From: Gemmatimonadota bacterium
Lineage (GTDB): Bacteria; Gemmatimonadota; Gemmatimonadetes; Longimicrobiales; Gaopeijiaceae
Direction: 5' to 3'
Length of the DNA stretch: 64,000 nucleotides
Assembly: GCA_039589315.1 (NCBI GenBank)
Contig: JBDHHQ010000011.1
Location: 22,112-86,111, forward strand
Shown here: positions 1 through 8,069 of the stretch, in pieces
Numbering within the stretch: the first letter of the stretch is position 1
How the letters are laid out: every line of letters starts with the position of its first letter
Program-made: the position numbers and the translations under genes
The notes under the pieces: model-generated
The model's database searches: none
The model's input: only the letters and a program-made list of their open reading frames with translations
Told to the model about the DNA's origin: nothing

Positions 1-677
1 GCGCTGCTTGCGGGGGAGATCCGGGTACATCTCGAGGATCTCCTCCGCGTGCAGGAATACGAGCTCCTCCGGGAGGCGGGGATAACGCGGATCGTCGAGA
101 GCCGGATATCTGGCGAACGCGTAGTCCTGGGCGCCCTTCAGCACCTTCCAGATCCGCTGTACCGTGTCCTCGAGGAACGCCAGATTCCTCTGGTCCGCCG
201 TGATGACCTTCTCCCAGTCCCACTGGTCCACGTACGAGTTGTGGTCGTGATCCAGGAAGTAGTCCTTGCGGATCGCCTTCATGTCGGTGTTGATCCCCTC
301 GCCCGGGGCGCAGTCGAACTGCTTCAGCGCCATCCGCTTCCACTTGGTGGCTGCCTGGACCACGCTGGCCCGAATCGGCTCCTCGAGACCCAGTCCGCGT
401 TGAACTCGACCGGTGAGCGCGACCCGTCCCGGTCCAGCATGTCGTTGACGCCGCTGTCCACGCGGACGATCAGCGGGACCTGGACCATCATGAGGTTGAG
501 CTCGCGGGCCAGGCCGTCCTCGATGTACCGCTTCACGTCGAAAAGGGCCTTCATCGTTTCCTTCTTGCCGAGGAGCGGTTCGTAGTCCGAAGGCAGGATC
601 TTGGCCACCTCCTCGTAGGTGCTCACGCCGGGTCCGGCGAGGTCGGCTTTCTTGTCGGCGATCGCGCTCATGGTCAT
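1..677 (-). pseudogene. asnA: Aspartate--ammonia ligase (AsnA-type asparagine synthetase); 1-bp frameshift near 398, runs off the window edge
   Basis: N-terminal frame MSAIADKKADLAGPG...LNLMMVQVPLIVRVDSGVNDMLDRDGSRSPVEFN continues after a one-base shift as GLGLEEPIRASVVQAATKWKRMALKQF...GEGINTDMKAIRKDYFLDHDHNSYVDQWDWEKVI, which carries AsnA hallmark motifs (KWKR, YVDQWDWEKVI). May be an intact gene with a sequencing indel. Confidence 0.85.
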
Positions 678-829
678 CACTCCGTGGTGGGTATCGAGCC
701 CGGCCGTGAGGCCCGGTCGCTCCGATCGAACGTCATGAAGTCGTACCCAAGGAGCCGCTCCAATTCTCATGGGGCGGTCCCCGTGAGTCCAGCTTGATAC
801 CTGTAATCACGGGAGCGGCCGTACCGCCG

Positions 830-890
830 TAAGGGCCTCGGACACCCACAAGGGGCCTCGGATCGCCGCAAGGACCTCGGACCCCGCCGC
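830..890. repeat. Three imperfect ~20-bp tandem units (core AAGG(G)GCCTCGGA)
   Basis: taagggcctcggacacccac / aaggggcctcggatcgccgc / aaggacctcggaccccgccgc. Confidence 0.6.
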
Positions 891-909
891 CGCCTCGCCC
901 GAACCAGCC

Positions 910-3132
910 TCACGGTGCCAGAAACCCCGGCCGCGGTATCCCAGTGGACCTGCGGCGCCCGATCAGAACGATCGGTACGTCGGTCTCGTGGGCGACCGCC
1001 AGCGGGAGCTCGCCGAGCAGCCGGTAGCCCCGACGCTGCCGCTGCATCCCCAGGATCACGAGGTCCGTGTCCGCTGCGCGCTGGATAATCGCCTCCAGCG
1101 GCCGATCCGCTTCGTCGATGGCGACCTCGTAGGGGCCGGCCGCCTCGTCCCGCGCGAGCCGCCGAAGATCGCGTTCGTACCGCCGTTGCGACTCGCGCGG
1201 AGCATTCGACGGAAGCGAGCCCAGGAACGTCAGCGACCGCTCCCGGGAGCGTGAGAGGCTCGCGATCAAGCGGGCGCGAAGGTGACTGTGGTCGCTTCGG
1301 CCGCCCAGCGGCACGAGCACCCGGCTGGCGTCGGCCATTCTCCAGCGATGAGGGGCCCGGAGAACGACGACGTCGGCGTCCAGATCGGCGATCAGGCCTT
1401 CCAACTTGGCCTCGACCCCGGGGCTCGTGAGGTTGGGGAGCCCGAGCAGCACGGTCTCACAGCGGTGCAGTCGCGCCACGCGCTCGATCTCCGGCCAGAC
1501 GTCAGGGGAGATCGTGAACAACGTCTCGGCCGCGAGAGAGGCCTGGAAGCTGCGTCGGAGCGACTCGCCCAGAATGCGCTCGGCGTCCTGGAGGGCAGGG
1601 TCGCGCTCGTCCAAAGAGTCGCTGAGCGTGCGAACGACGGACAGCAGCAGGATGCGGCCGACGCCGGGCGTGCGGAGTGTCGCCGCGACGTCGACCAGGC
1701 TCGCGGCGCTGGCCGGATTCGCGATGGGTACGAGGACCAGCGGGCTCCGACCCCGCAGACGCGCCAGGTCCGGATCCTTCGCCTCGGCAGAAGCGTCGGC
1801 CAGCCGCGCTCCGGACGCGAACATCGTGAGGTACAGGGCCACGCCGATCACCAGCCACAACACCACAACGCTCCCGGCCTGGGGCACGGCGAACGCCTGG
1901 AAGACCGCGAGACCCAGGCACAGCGCCGCGCCCAGCAGCGGCAGTGCGGGAGACTGCCCCTCGCCCGATCGATGTCCGGCCAGGATCGCCGCCCAGTGGA
2001 CCATGGCGAAGCTGATCAGAAAGATGAGGCTCGAGGCGGCCCCGGCCGCGGCCACGTTTCCCACGGCGATGGCGACCACCGCCACCATCACTCCGGTAAC
2101 CCCAACCGCGATGGCAGGCGTCCCGCTGGCTCCGCGCATCCGTCCGAGGCCATGCGGTAGCGTTCGGTCGCGTGCCATGGCGAACGCGACCCGGGAGGCG
2201 CCGAGGAGGTTGGCGCTCAGGGCGGAGGCCATGGAGAGGACTCCGGCCACGATCACGAGCCAGAAGCCCGTCGGTCCCAGGAACCTCTCGGCGGCCTCCG
2301 CGACGAGGCCCTCGGGATTGGCCCTCGCGGCCTCCGCGATCCCGCCCTCCGGCGCGCCCACCGTGGCCATGATGAACAGCAGCGGGAGGTAAATGGCCAG
2401 GGCGCACCCGAGAGACAGATACATGGCGCGGGGTACGTTCCGGGCAGGCTCCTTGACCTCGCCGCCCACGGCCGCGATCAGGTCGAAGCCCTGCAGGGCG
2501 ATGAACGTGTAGCCCATGGCCTGGAGCAAGCCGACCGGGCCCGACGGCAGGAACGGGCTCAACCGGCCCACCAGCTCGGGTGGTGAGTCGCTGAGCCAGG
2601 CCCAAGCGCCGGCGGCGAGCAGGACAGCGAACAGGACCACCTTGCCCACCGTCTCCACGTAGCCGCCACCTCGCGCCCGATACACCAGCGCTAGGGTATA
2701 GAGCGCCACGGCGGCCACCGCGATTCTGATCCGTACGGCCCCGACCTGCAGGGACTCCCGTGGGCTGCCCACCTCCTGGAACGCGCGTGCGACTCCTTCC
2801 GCCGCAAAGGCGGCAAAGCCCAGCGCGTAGAGGACGGCCGCCAACACCGAGGCGAACCACACCACCCAGCCCACCACGAAGGCGACCTCGATGGAGAGCA
2901 CCTTCTTCGCGTAGGTGTAGGTGCCCCCCGATTCTGGAAAGCGCCGAGCCAGGCGAGCGAAGCTCGCCACGGTGAGGAACGCCAGGGCGCCGTTGAGTCC
3001 GAAGGCCAGGATCGCCCCGGGGCCGGTGACCGCGAACGCCACGCCCGCGAGCGCGAGGATGCCGCCGCCGACGATGGCGCCGACGCCGAGCGCCGTAGCG
3101 CCGAAGAGGCCCAGGTGTCGTTCGTGTACCAT
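910..3132 (-). CDS. APC-family amino acid permease with C-terminal universal-stress-protein (USP)-like domains
   Basis: Likely start MVHERHLGLFGATALGVGAIVGGGI; GGTYTY motif, GFDLIAAVGGEVKEP, about 12 TM helices, then LVPIANP and VLVPLGG USP-type domains. Confidence 0.9.
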   Translation of the reverse strand: MVHERHLGLFGATALGVGAIVGGGILALAGVAFAVTGPGAILAFGLNGALAFLTVASFARLARRFPESGGTYTYAKKVLSIEVAFVVGWVVWFASVLAAVLYALGFAAFAAEGVARAFQEVGSPRESLQVGAVRIRIAVAAVALYTLALVYRARGGGYVETVGKVVLFAVLLAAGAWAWLSDSPPELVGRLSPFLPSGPVGLLQAMGYTFIALQGFDLIAAVGGEVKEPARNVPRAMYLSLGCALAIYLPLLFIMATVGAPEGGIAEAARANPEGLVAEAAERFLGPTGFWLVIVAGVLSMASALSANLLGASRVAFAMARDRTLPHGLGRMRGASGTPAIAVGVTGVMVAVVAIAVGNVAAAGAASSLIFLISFAMVHWAAILAGHRSGEGQSPALPLLGAALCLGLAVFQAFAVPQAGSVVVLWLVIGVALYLTMFASGARLADASAEAKDPDLARLRGRSPLVLVPIANPASAASLVDVAATLRTPGVGRILLLSVVRTLSDSLDERDPALQDAERILGESLRRSFQASLAAETLFTISPDVWPEIERVARLHRCETVLLGLPNLTSPGVEAKLEGLIADLDADVVVLRAPHRWRMADASRVLVPLGGRSDHSHLRARLIASLSRSRERSLTFLGSLPSNAPRESQRRYERDLRRLARDEAAGPYEVAIDEADRPLEAIIQRAADTDLVILGMQRQRRGYRLLGELPLAVAHETDVPIVLIGRRRSTGIPRPGFLAP

Positions 3133-3248
3133 CAGCGAGTCATTGGGGAACGGAGCTCGGTCGATTGGGGCGGATGTGCATGGTACCGGTCGGAAGCCGC
3201 GGTCGCATGCCCCGGCCGAGCACAACCGTGGCGCATCCTCCCGTGATT

Positions 3249-3398
3249 CGCCAGCGCTCCCCGGCAGTTGGCTGTCGGCATGCGCCAGCGCCGCTCGTCG
3301 GTCGGCCCTCGGCATGCGCCAGCGCGCTTGGCCTGCCCGCCTTGGAGATGCGCCAGCGCTCCTGGTCGGTCGGCTTTCGCGATGGGCCTGCGCTCCTC
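3249..3398. repeat. Degenerate 34-bp-period tandem repeat (5 units) between divergent genes
   Basis: Core CGCCAGCGC at 3249, 3283, 3317, 3351 and variant GGCCTGCGC at 3385; spacing exactly 34. Confidence 0.7.
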
Positions 3399-3516
3399 GT
3401 CCGTTTGCCCTCCCGGCGGGTCTGCTCGACATTCCGGTGGACCCGGCCGGATGACCGCCCGGCTCACCGAACGCGCCTCGCGACAGGCACTCGGGAGAGG
3501 GAGGGGGACAGGCCTC

Positions 3517-4797
3517 GTGGACTTCATCGCCATCCTGACGGTTACCTCGGCGTTCATCGTCTACGGGCTGATCAGCGGCAGGATCCGGGGGTCCATCTTC
3601 ACCGGGCCCATGCTGTTCACAGCAGCGGGGCTGCTCGCGGGCTCAGCGGTACTCGGCCTCGTGCCCGTGGACCTCGGCCACGAAGGGCTGCACACGCTGG
3701 CCGAGATCACGCTGATCCTGGTCCTCTTTTCGGACGCGGCGAGCATAGACCTCGAGCAGCTGCGTCGCGACCACGATCTGCCGGTACGCATGCTGCTGCT
3801 GGGTATGCCGTTGAGCATTGCCCTGGGGACCGCGGCGGCGGTTCTGTTCTTCACGGACTTCGGACCGTGGGAGGCAGCGCTGCTGGCTGCCATCCTCGCG
3901 CCCACCGACGCTGCGCTGGGACAGGCCGTGGTGACGAACCACACGGTCCCGGTGCGCATCCGACAAGCCCTCAACGTGGAGAGCGGCCTCAACGACGGCG
4001 TTGCCCTGCCGTTCGTGCTGATCTTCGCCAGCCTGGCCAGCGCCGGCGTGGCGAGCGCCAGTGCCGAAGCCGGGGATCCCGCCGACTGGCTGACGTTCGG
4101 GGTGATGCAGGTCGTGCTGGGCCCCCTGGCCGGTGCGCTGGTCGGTTACGCTGGCGCCAAGGCGATCGCGTTCTGCTACCGTAAGGGCTGGATGGCCACG
4201 AGCGCCGAGGGCATCGTGGCGCTCGCCCTGGCGTTCACGGCGTTCGGCTTCGCAGAGCTGGTGCACGGGAACGGCTTCATCGCGGCGTTCGTCGGAGGCC
4301 TCTTCTTCGGCAACACCCTCAAGCAGAAGTGCGAGTTCCTCTACGAGTTCACGGAAACCGAAGGCACGATCCTGGTCCTGGCCACCTTCATGGCGTTCGG
4401 GGGAGCCATGCTCCCGGAAGCGTGGAGCGATGTGACCGTAGCCCATCTGGGCTTCGCACTGGTGGCGCTGACCCTGGTCCGGATTCTGCCCGTGTGTCTG
4501 TCGCTTCTGGGCACGGGCCTGCGGCCCGTCACGTGGGGGTTCCTCGGTTGGTTCGGTCCCCGGGGACTGGCGTCGGTGCTCTTCGTTCTTCTGGTCCTCG
4601 AGCGAGTGGAGGTGCCCAACGAGGCGGGGATCTTCGCGGCCGTGGTCGTCACGGTGGCCCTCAGCATCGTGCTCCACGGGATAACCGCGGTACCCGCCGC
4701 TCGCCGGTACGCCGCGCTGACCCGGAAGATGGGGCCGTGCGAGGAGAACAAGCCGGTGAGCGAAGAGCCGTTCTCCGGGGTGATGCGCGGGCCCTGA
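3517..4797 (+). CDS. Cation:proton antiporter (CPA1/NhaP type)
   Basis: GTG start after a purine-rich RBS; LAPTDAALG, NVESGLNDG and WFGPRGLAS motifs; multiple TM helices. Confidence 0.9.
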   Translation: MDFIAILTVTSAFIVYGLISGRIRGSIFTGPMLFTAAGLLAGSAVLGLVPVDLGHEGLHTLAEITLILVLFSDAASIDLEQLRRDHDLPVRMLLLGMPLSIALGTAAAVLFFTDFGPWEAALLAAILAPTDAALGQAVVTNHTVPVRIRQALNVESGLNDGVALPFVLIFASLASAGVASASAEAGDPADWLTFGVMQVVLGPLAGALVGYAGAKAIAFCYRKGWMATSAEGIVALALAFTAFGFAELVHGNGFIAAFVGGLFFGNTLKQKCEFLYEFTETEGTILVLATFMAFGGAMLPEAWSDVTVAHLGFALVALTLVRILPVCLSLLGTGLRPVTWGFLGWFGPRGLASVLFVLLVLERVEVPNEAGIFAAVVVTVALSIVLHGITAVPAARRYAALTRKMGPCEENKPVSEEPFSGVMRGP

Positions 4798-4973
4798 GGC
4801 GGTGGGGCCGCCGAGTGTCCATACCTCGGCCGGCGGTCGTTTCTGTCGGGACCCGCGGACGTCCACCCGACAGACCACCCACCCCGAGCCGGCCGAAAAC
4901 CGTGCGTTGCAGCCTCGTGGCGAGCCCGGATAGGTTGATGTCTCCCGCTCCCCTCCCACCGTAGACGGCTGCC

Positions 4974-6479
4974 ATGGGTCCCCACTCGCTGCTCGGGTTT
5001 CGCCAGCGAACGCTGGCCCTGTCGATGGCCGCTGTGATGGCTGGAGCATGCGCCGAACGGCCGGCCCCTCGGCCTCCCAACATCGTCTTCATCATGGCGG
5101 ACGATCTCGGGTACGGTGAGCTCGGAGCCTACGGCCAGGCCAAGATCCGGACCCCGCACATCGACCGTCTAGCGGCGGAGGGGCTGCGGTTCACGCAGCA
5201 TTACTCCGGGAGTCCTGTCTGTGCGCCGTCCCGAGCAGTGCTCCTCACCGGGCTTCACACCGGCCACGCATACATCCGTGGCAACGACGAGATGGCGGAC
5301 CGCGGCGATGTCTGGCACGACTTGAGGCTGGAAGGCCAACGGCCGCTTCCGGAAGGCACGGTCACGGTGGCCGCGCTGCTCCAGGAGACCGGGTACGTGA
5401 CCGGTGCGATGGGCAAGTGGGGCCTGGGTGGACCGGGCAGCACGGGAGCGCCCAACAAGCAGGGATTCGACCGGTGGTACGGCTACCTCGGCCAACGGCT
5501 GGCGCACAACTACTACCCGGTGCATCTCTGGCGGGACAGCGTCGAGCACGTGCTGGAAGGGAACGACTACTTCCACCCCCACCAGGCGCTCCCCGAGACT
5601 GCGGATCCACGCGACCCGGCCTCATACGCGGCGTTTTCGGGCGAGCAGTACTCCCACGACCTCATCGCGGAGGAGGCGCTGCGCTTCATCAGGGACAGCC
5701 AGGACCAGCCCTTCTTCCTGTACGTACCGTTCACGATCCCGCACGTGGCTCTACAGGTGCCCGAGGACGCGCTGGCCGAGTACGACGGCGAGTTCGACGA
5801 GGATCCGTACGTTGGCCCCGTGGACGGCGCGATCAGCTATCTGCCCCACCCCAGGCCCCGCTCCGCCTACGCGGCCATGATCTCACGGATGGACCGCGAC
5901 GTGGGGCGGATCCTGGCCCTTCTGGTCGAGCTCGGCTTGGACGAGCAAACGATCGTGTTCTTCACCAGCGACAACGGTCCGAGCTGGGTCGGCGGTGCCG
6001 ATCCGGACTTCTTCGAGAGCCGGGGCCCGCTGCGCGGTCGCAAGGCGGAGCTCTGGGATGGGGGAATCCGGGTACCCATGGTGGTCCGTTGGCCCGGACG
6101 AATCGCTCCCGGGACCCTGACGGATCTTCTGTCCGCCTTCTGGGACGTGTTACCTACGTTGGTGGAGCTTGCCGGCGCGGCGACGCCCCCCGGGCTGGAT
6201 GGCCTGTCACTCGTCCCCACGTTACTGGGGGATGAGGAGGCACAGCGCCGTCACGAGTATCTCTACTGGGAGTTCAGGGGTGGGCAGGCGGTGCGATACG
6301 GCGACTGGAAGGGGATCCGATGGCCGGGGCGCAGCGACGTCGAGTTGTACGACCTGGCCACCGACATCGGTGAGTCGCACGATGTGGCCCGGGACCATCC
6401 CCGGGTCGTGGCGCGAATCGAGGAGATCATGAGGACCGCTCGCACCGAGTCGGAGCTGTTTCCACTGGAGCACCGCTAG
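4974..6479 (+). CDS. Arylsulfatase (formylglycine-dependent sulfatase), probable lipoprotein
   Basis: PNIVFIMADDLGYG, CAPSRAVLLTG (CxPxR), GKWGLG, FTSDNG; signal ending MAGAC; true start may be slightly downstream. Confidence 0.93.
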   Translation: MGPHSLLGFRQRTLALSMAAVMAGACAERPAPRPPNIVFIMADDLGYGELGAYGQAKIRTPHIDRLAAEGLRFTQHYSGSPVCAPSRAVLLTGLHTGHAYIRGNDEMADRGDVWHDLRLEGQRPLPEGTVTVAALLQETGYVTGAMGKWGLGGPGSTGAPNKQGFDRWYGYLGQRLAHNYYPVHLWRDSVEHVLEGNDYFHPHQALPETADPRDPASYAAFSGEQYSHDLIAEEALRFIRDSQDQPFFLYVPFTIPHVALQVPEDALAEYDGEFDEDPYVGPVDGAISYLPHPRPRSAYAAMISRMDRDVGRILALLVELGLDEQTIVFFTSDNGPSWVGGADPDFFESRGPLRGRKAELWDGGIRVPMVVRWPGRIAPGTLTDLLSAFWDVLPTLVELAGAATPPGLDGLSLVPTLLGDEEAQRRHEYLYWEFRGGQAVRYGDWKGIRWPGRSDVELYDLATDIGESHDVARDHPRVVARIEEIMRTARTESELFPLEHR

Positions 6480-6546
6480 CGGCGAACGGCCCCCGGGGAC
6501 CTGCCGTTCGCGCCTGCCCTCGGGCGCGGTCGGGTTGCCCTGAAGC

Positions 6547-6583
6547 GGAAGCCCGCCGAAGCATCGAGCTTCGACGGGCTTCC
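6547..6583. terminator. Stem-loop between convergent sulfatase and SusD genes
   Basis: GGAAGCCCGcCGAAGC-atcga-GCTTCGaCGGGCTTCC inverted repeat. Confidence 0.55.
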
Positions 6584-6684
6584 TGTCCTTCCTTGGCGCC
6601 AGCTGGCACTTGCCTGCCGGCGTCCGTCTCGAGCCTCCCGGTCGTCTCCGCTACCACGGCGATCTCCACGAGACCCGCGACCGC

Positions 6685-8025
6685 CTACTGCCTGGCCAGC
6701 TGCTCCGCCTCCGGAATGGGAAACTCGCTGTTGTGCCGGTGGTTGGCGTTGTCCAGCGGCAGCTCACTCAGCTTGTTGTAGCGGCGCATGTCGATCCAGC
6801 GGTGGCCCCCCTCGAACAGCAGCGAGAGCCACTTCTGGGTCAACAGCTCGTCCAGGATGTTCGAAGCGCTCAGGTCGTCCCTGGCCTCGAGGCCCCCGGA
6901 CTGGGTCCTGATCAGGTTGATGTCGGCTGCCGCGGCGGCCACGTTGCCCAACCCGATATTGGCCTCGGCCCGGAGCAGGATGAGCTCCTCGTTCTTGATG
7001 ATCGGGACGGAAGCGGACGCGTCGTTGTAGATCTTGAACGCCACGTCCGAGCTCACGCCCAGTCGCGTCCGCTCCTCGATGGGTCGCGTCTTGGCGTCGA
7101 CCCGGTCGTCGAGGTCACCGTTGGCCTTTCTGGGCGAATCCGAGATGAGGGACGGATGCGCCAGGATGTCGGGCGAGTCACCCGGGTCGAAGAGGTTGTT
7201 CCTCGTATCGCCCGAGCCGGTCCCGAACGTGTGATAGGCGCCCAGATCGAACGGCGCGTCAGCGTCCAGGAACGAGGCCTGCAGGGCGGTCAGTGCCTCG
7301 TTGAAGTTCCCTGTGTACACCGCTACTCGGGCCTTCAGCGCCCGGTTGAACTCGATGAAGGTGGAGGGCGTGTCGAAGCCCGCGAATCCCGAGTGGACCT
7401 GGAAGGGGAACGCGTCTCCACCGGCTTGGAGGTGCGAGCGTGCCTCGTCGAGTAGCCGCGCGACTTCGGCGAACACCGCGTTCTTGTCTTCGATGGGCGC
7501 CGGGTCGTCGGTGGGCGGACGATTCGTGTCCACGACGCCCCCGTTCACGTCCCGGGTGTTCACGACCCGCAGCAGGTCCAGGGCCTGCCACGTCCTGGCC
7601 CAGCCGCGGATCGCCTCCAGCTCGTCCTGATCCAGCCCCTGTACGGCGTCAAGCGCGTCGAGCAGGATGTTGGCGTTGCGGATGTTTTGGTATCGGCTGG
7701 TCCAGAGGTTGGCGCCGAACGCCGGGCTCCCGGGATCCAGCTCGCCCTCCAGCATCTCGGTGATGAAACGCGGGTCGGACCCGTCGAAGTTGTACGACTC
7801 GCGCCCGAGGATGCCCAGGAGCGAGGTATACCCGTTTCGGGTCCCCGCCTGGGCGCGTCCTCCGACCATCAGGCCCTGGGCGGCGGTGAAGACCCCGGCC
7901 GGTGTCGGGTTGGTGGCCAGGTCTTCGAGGCTCGGGTTGTTGAGGTCGGGGACCGTCAACTCGTCGGTACATCCTGCCAGGGCGAACGTCCCGAGCAGGA
8001 ACAGTGCCATCAAGGCCCTATGCAT
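6685..8025 (-). CDS. RagB/SusD-family outer-membrane lipoprotein
   Basis: Lipobox LAGC; EELILLRAEA, INLIR and LLFEGGHRWIDMRR motifs; directly after SusC; alternative start at 8067. Confidence 0.92.
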   Translation of the reverse strand: MHRALMALFLLGTFALAGCTDELTVPDLNNPSLEDLATNPTPAGVFTAAQGLMVGGRAQAGTRNGYTSLLGILGRESYNFDGSDPRFITEMLEGELDPGSPAFGANLWTSRYQNIRNANILLDALDAVQGLDQDELEAIRGWARTWQALDLLRVVNTRDVNGGVVDTNRPPTDDPAPIEDKNAVFAEVARLLDEARSHLQAGGDAFPFQVHSGFAGFDTPSTFIEFNRALKARVAVYTGNFNEALTALQASFLDADAPFDLGAYHTFGTGSGDTRNNLFDPGDSPDILAHPSLISDSPRKANGDLDDRVDAKTRPIEERTRLGVSSDVAFKIYNDASASVPIIKNEELILLRAEANIGLGNVAAAAADINLIRTQSGGLEARDDLSASNILDELLTQKWLSLLFEGGHRWIDMRRYNKLSELPLDNANHRHNSEFPIPEAEQLARQ

Positions 8026-8069
8026 GGTGACCTGCCTCGTCTGTCGGTTCTCAGTCTTGGGTCGCATGG

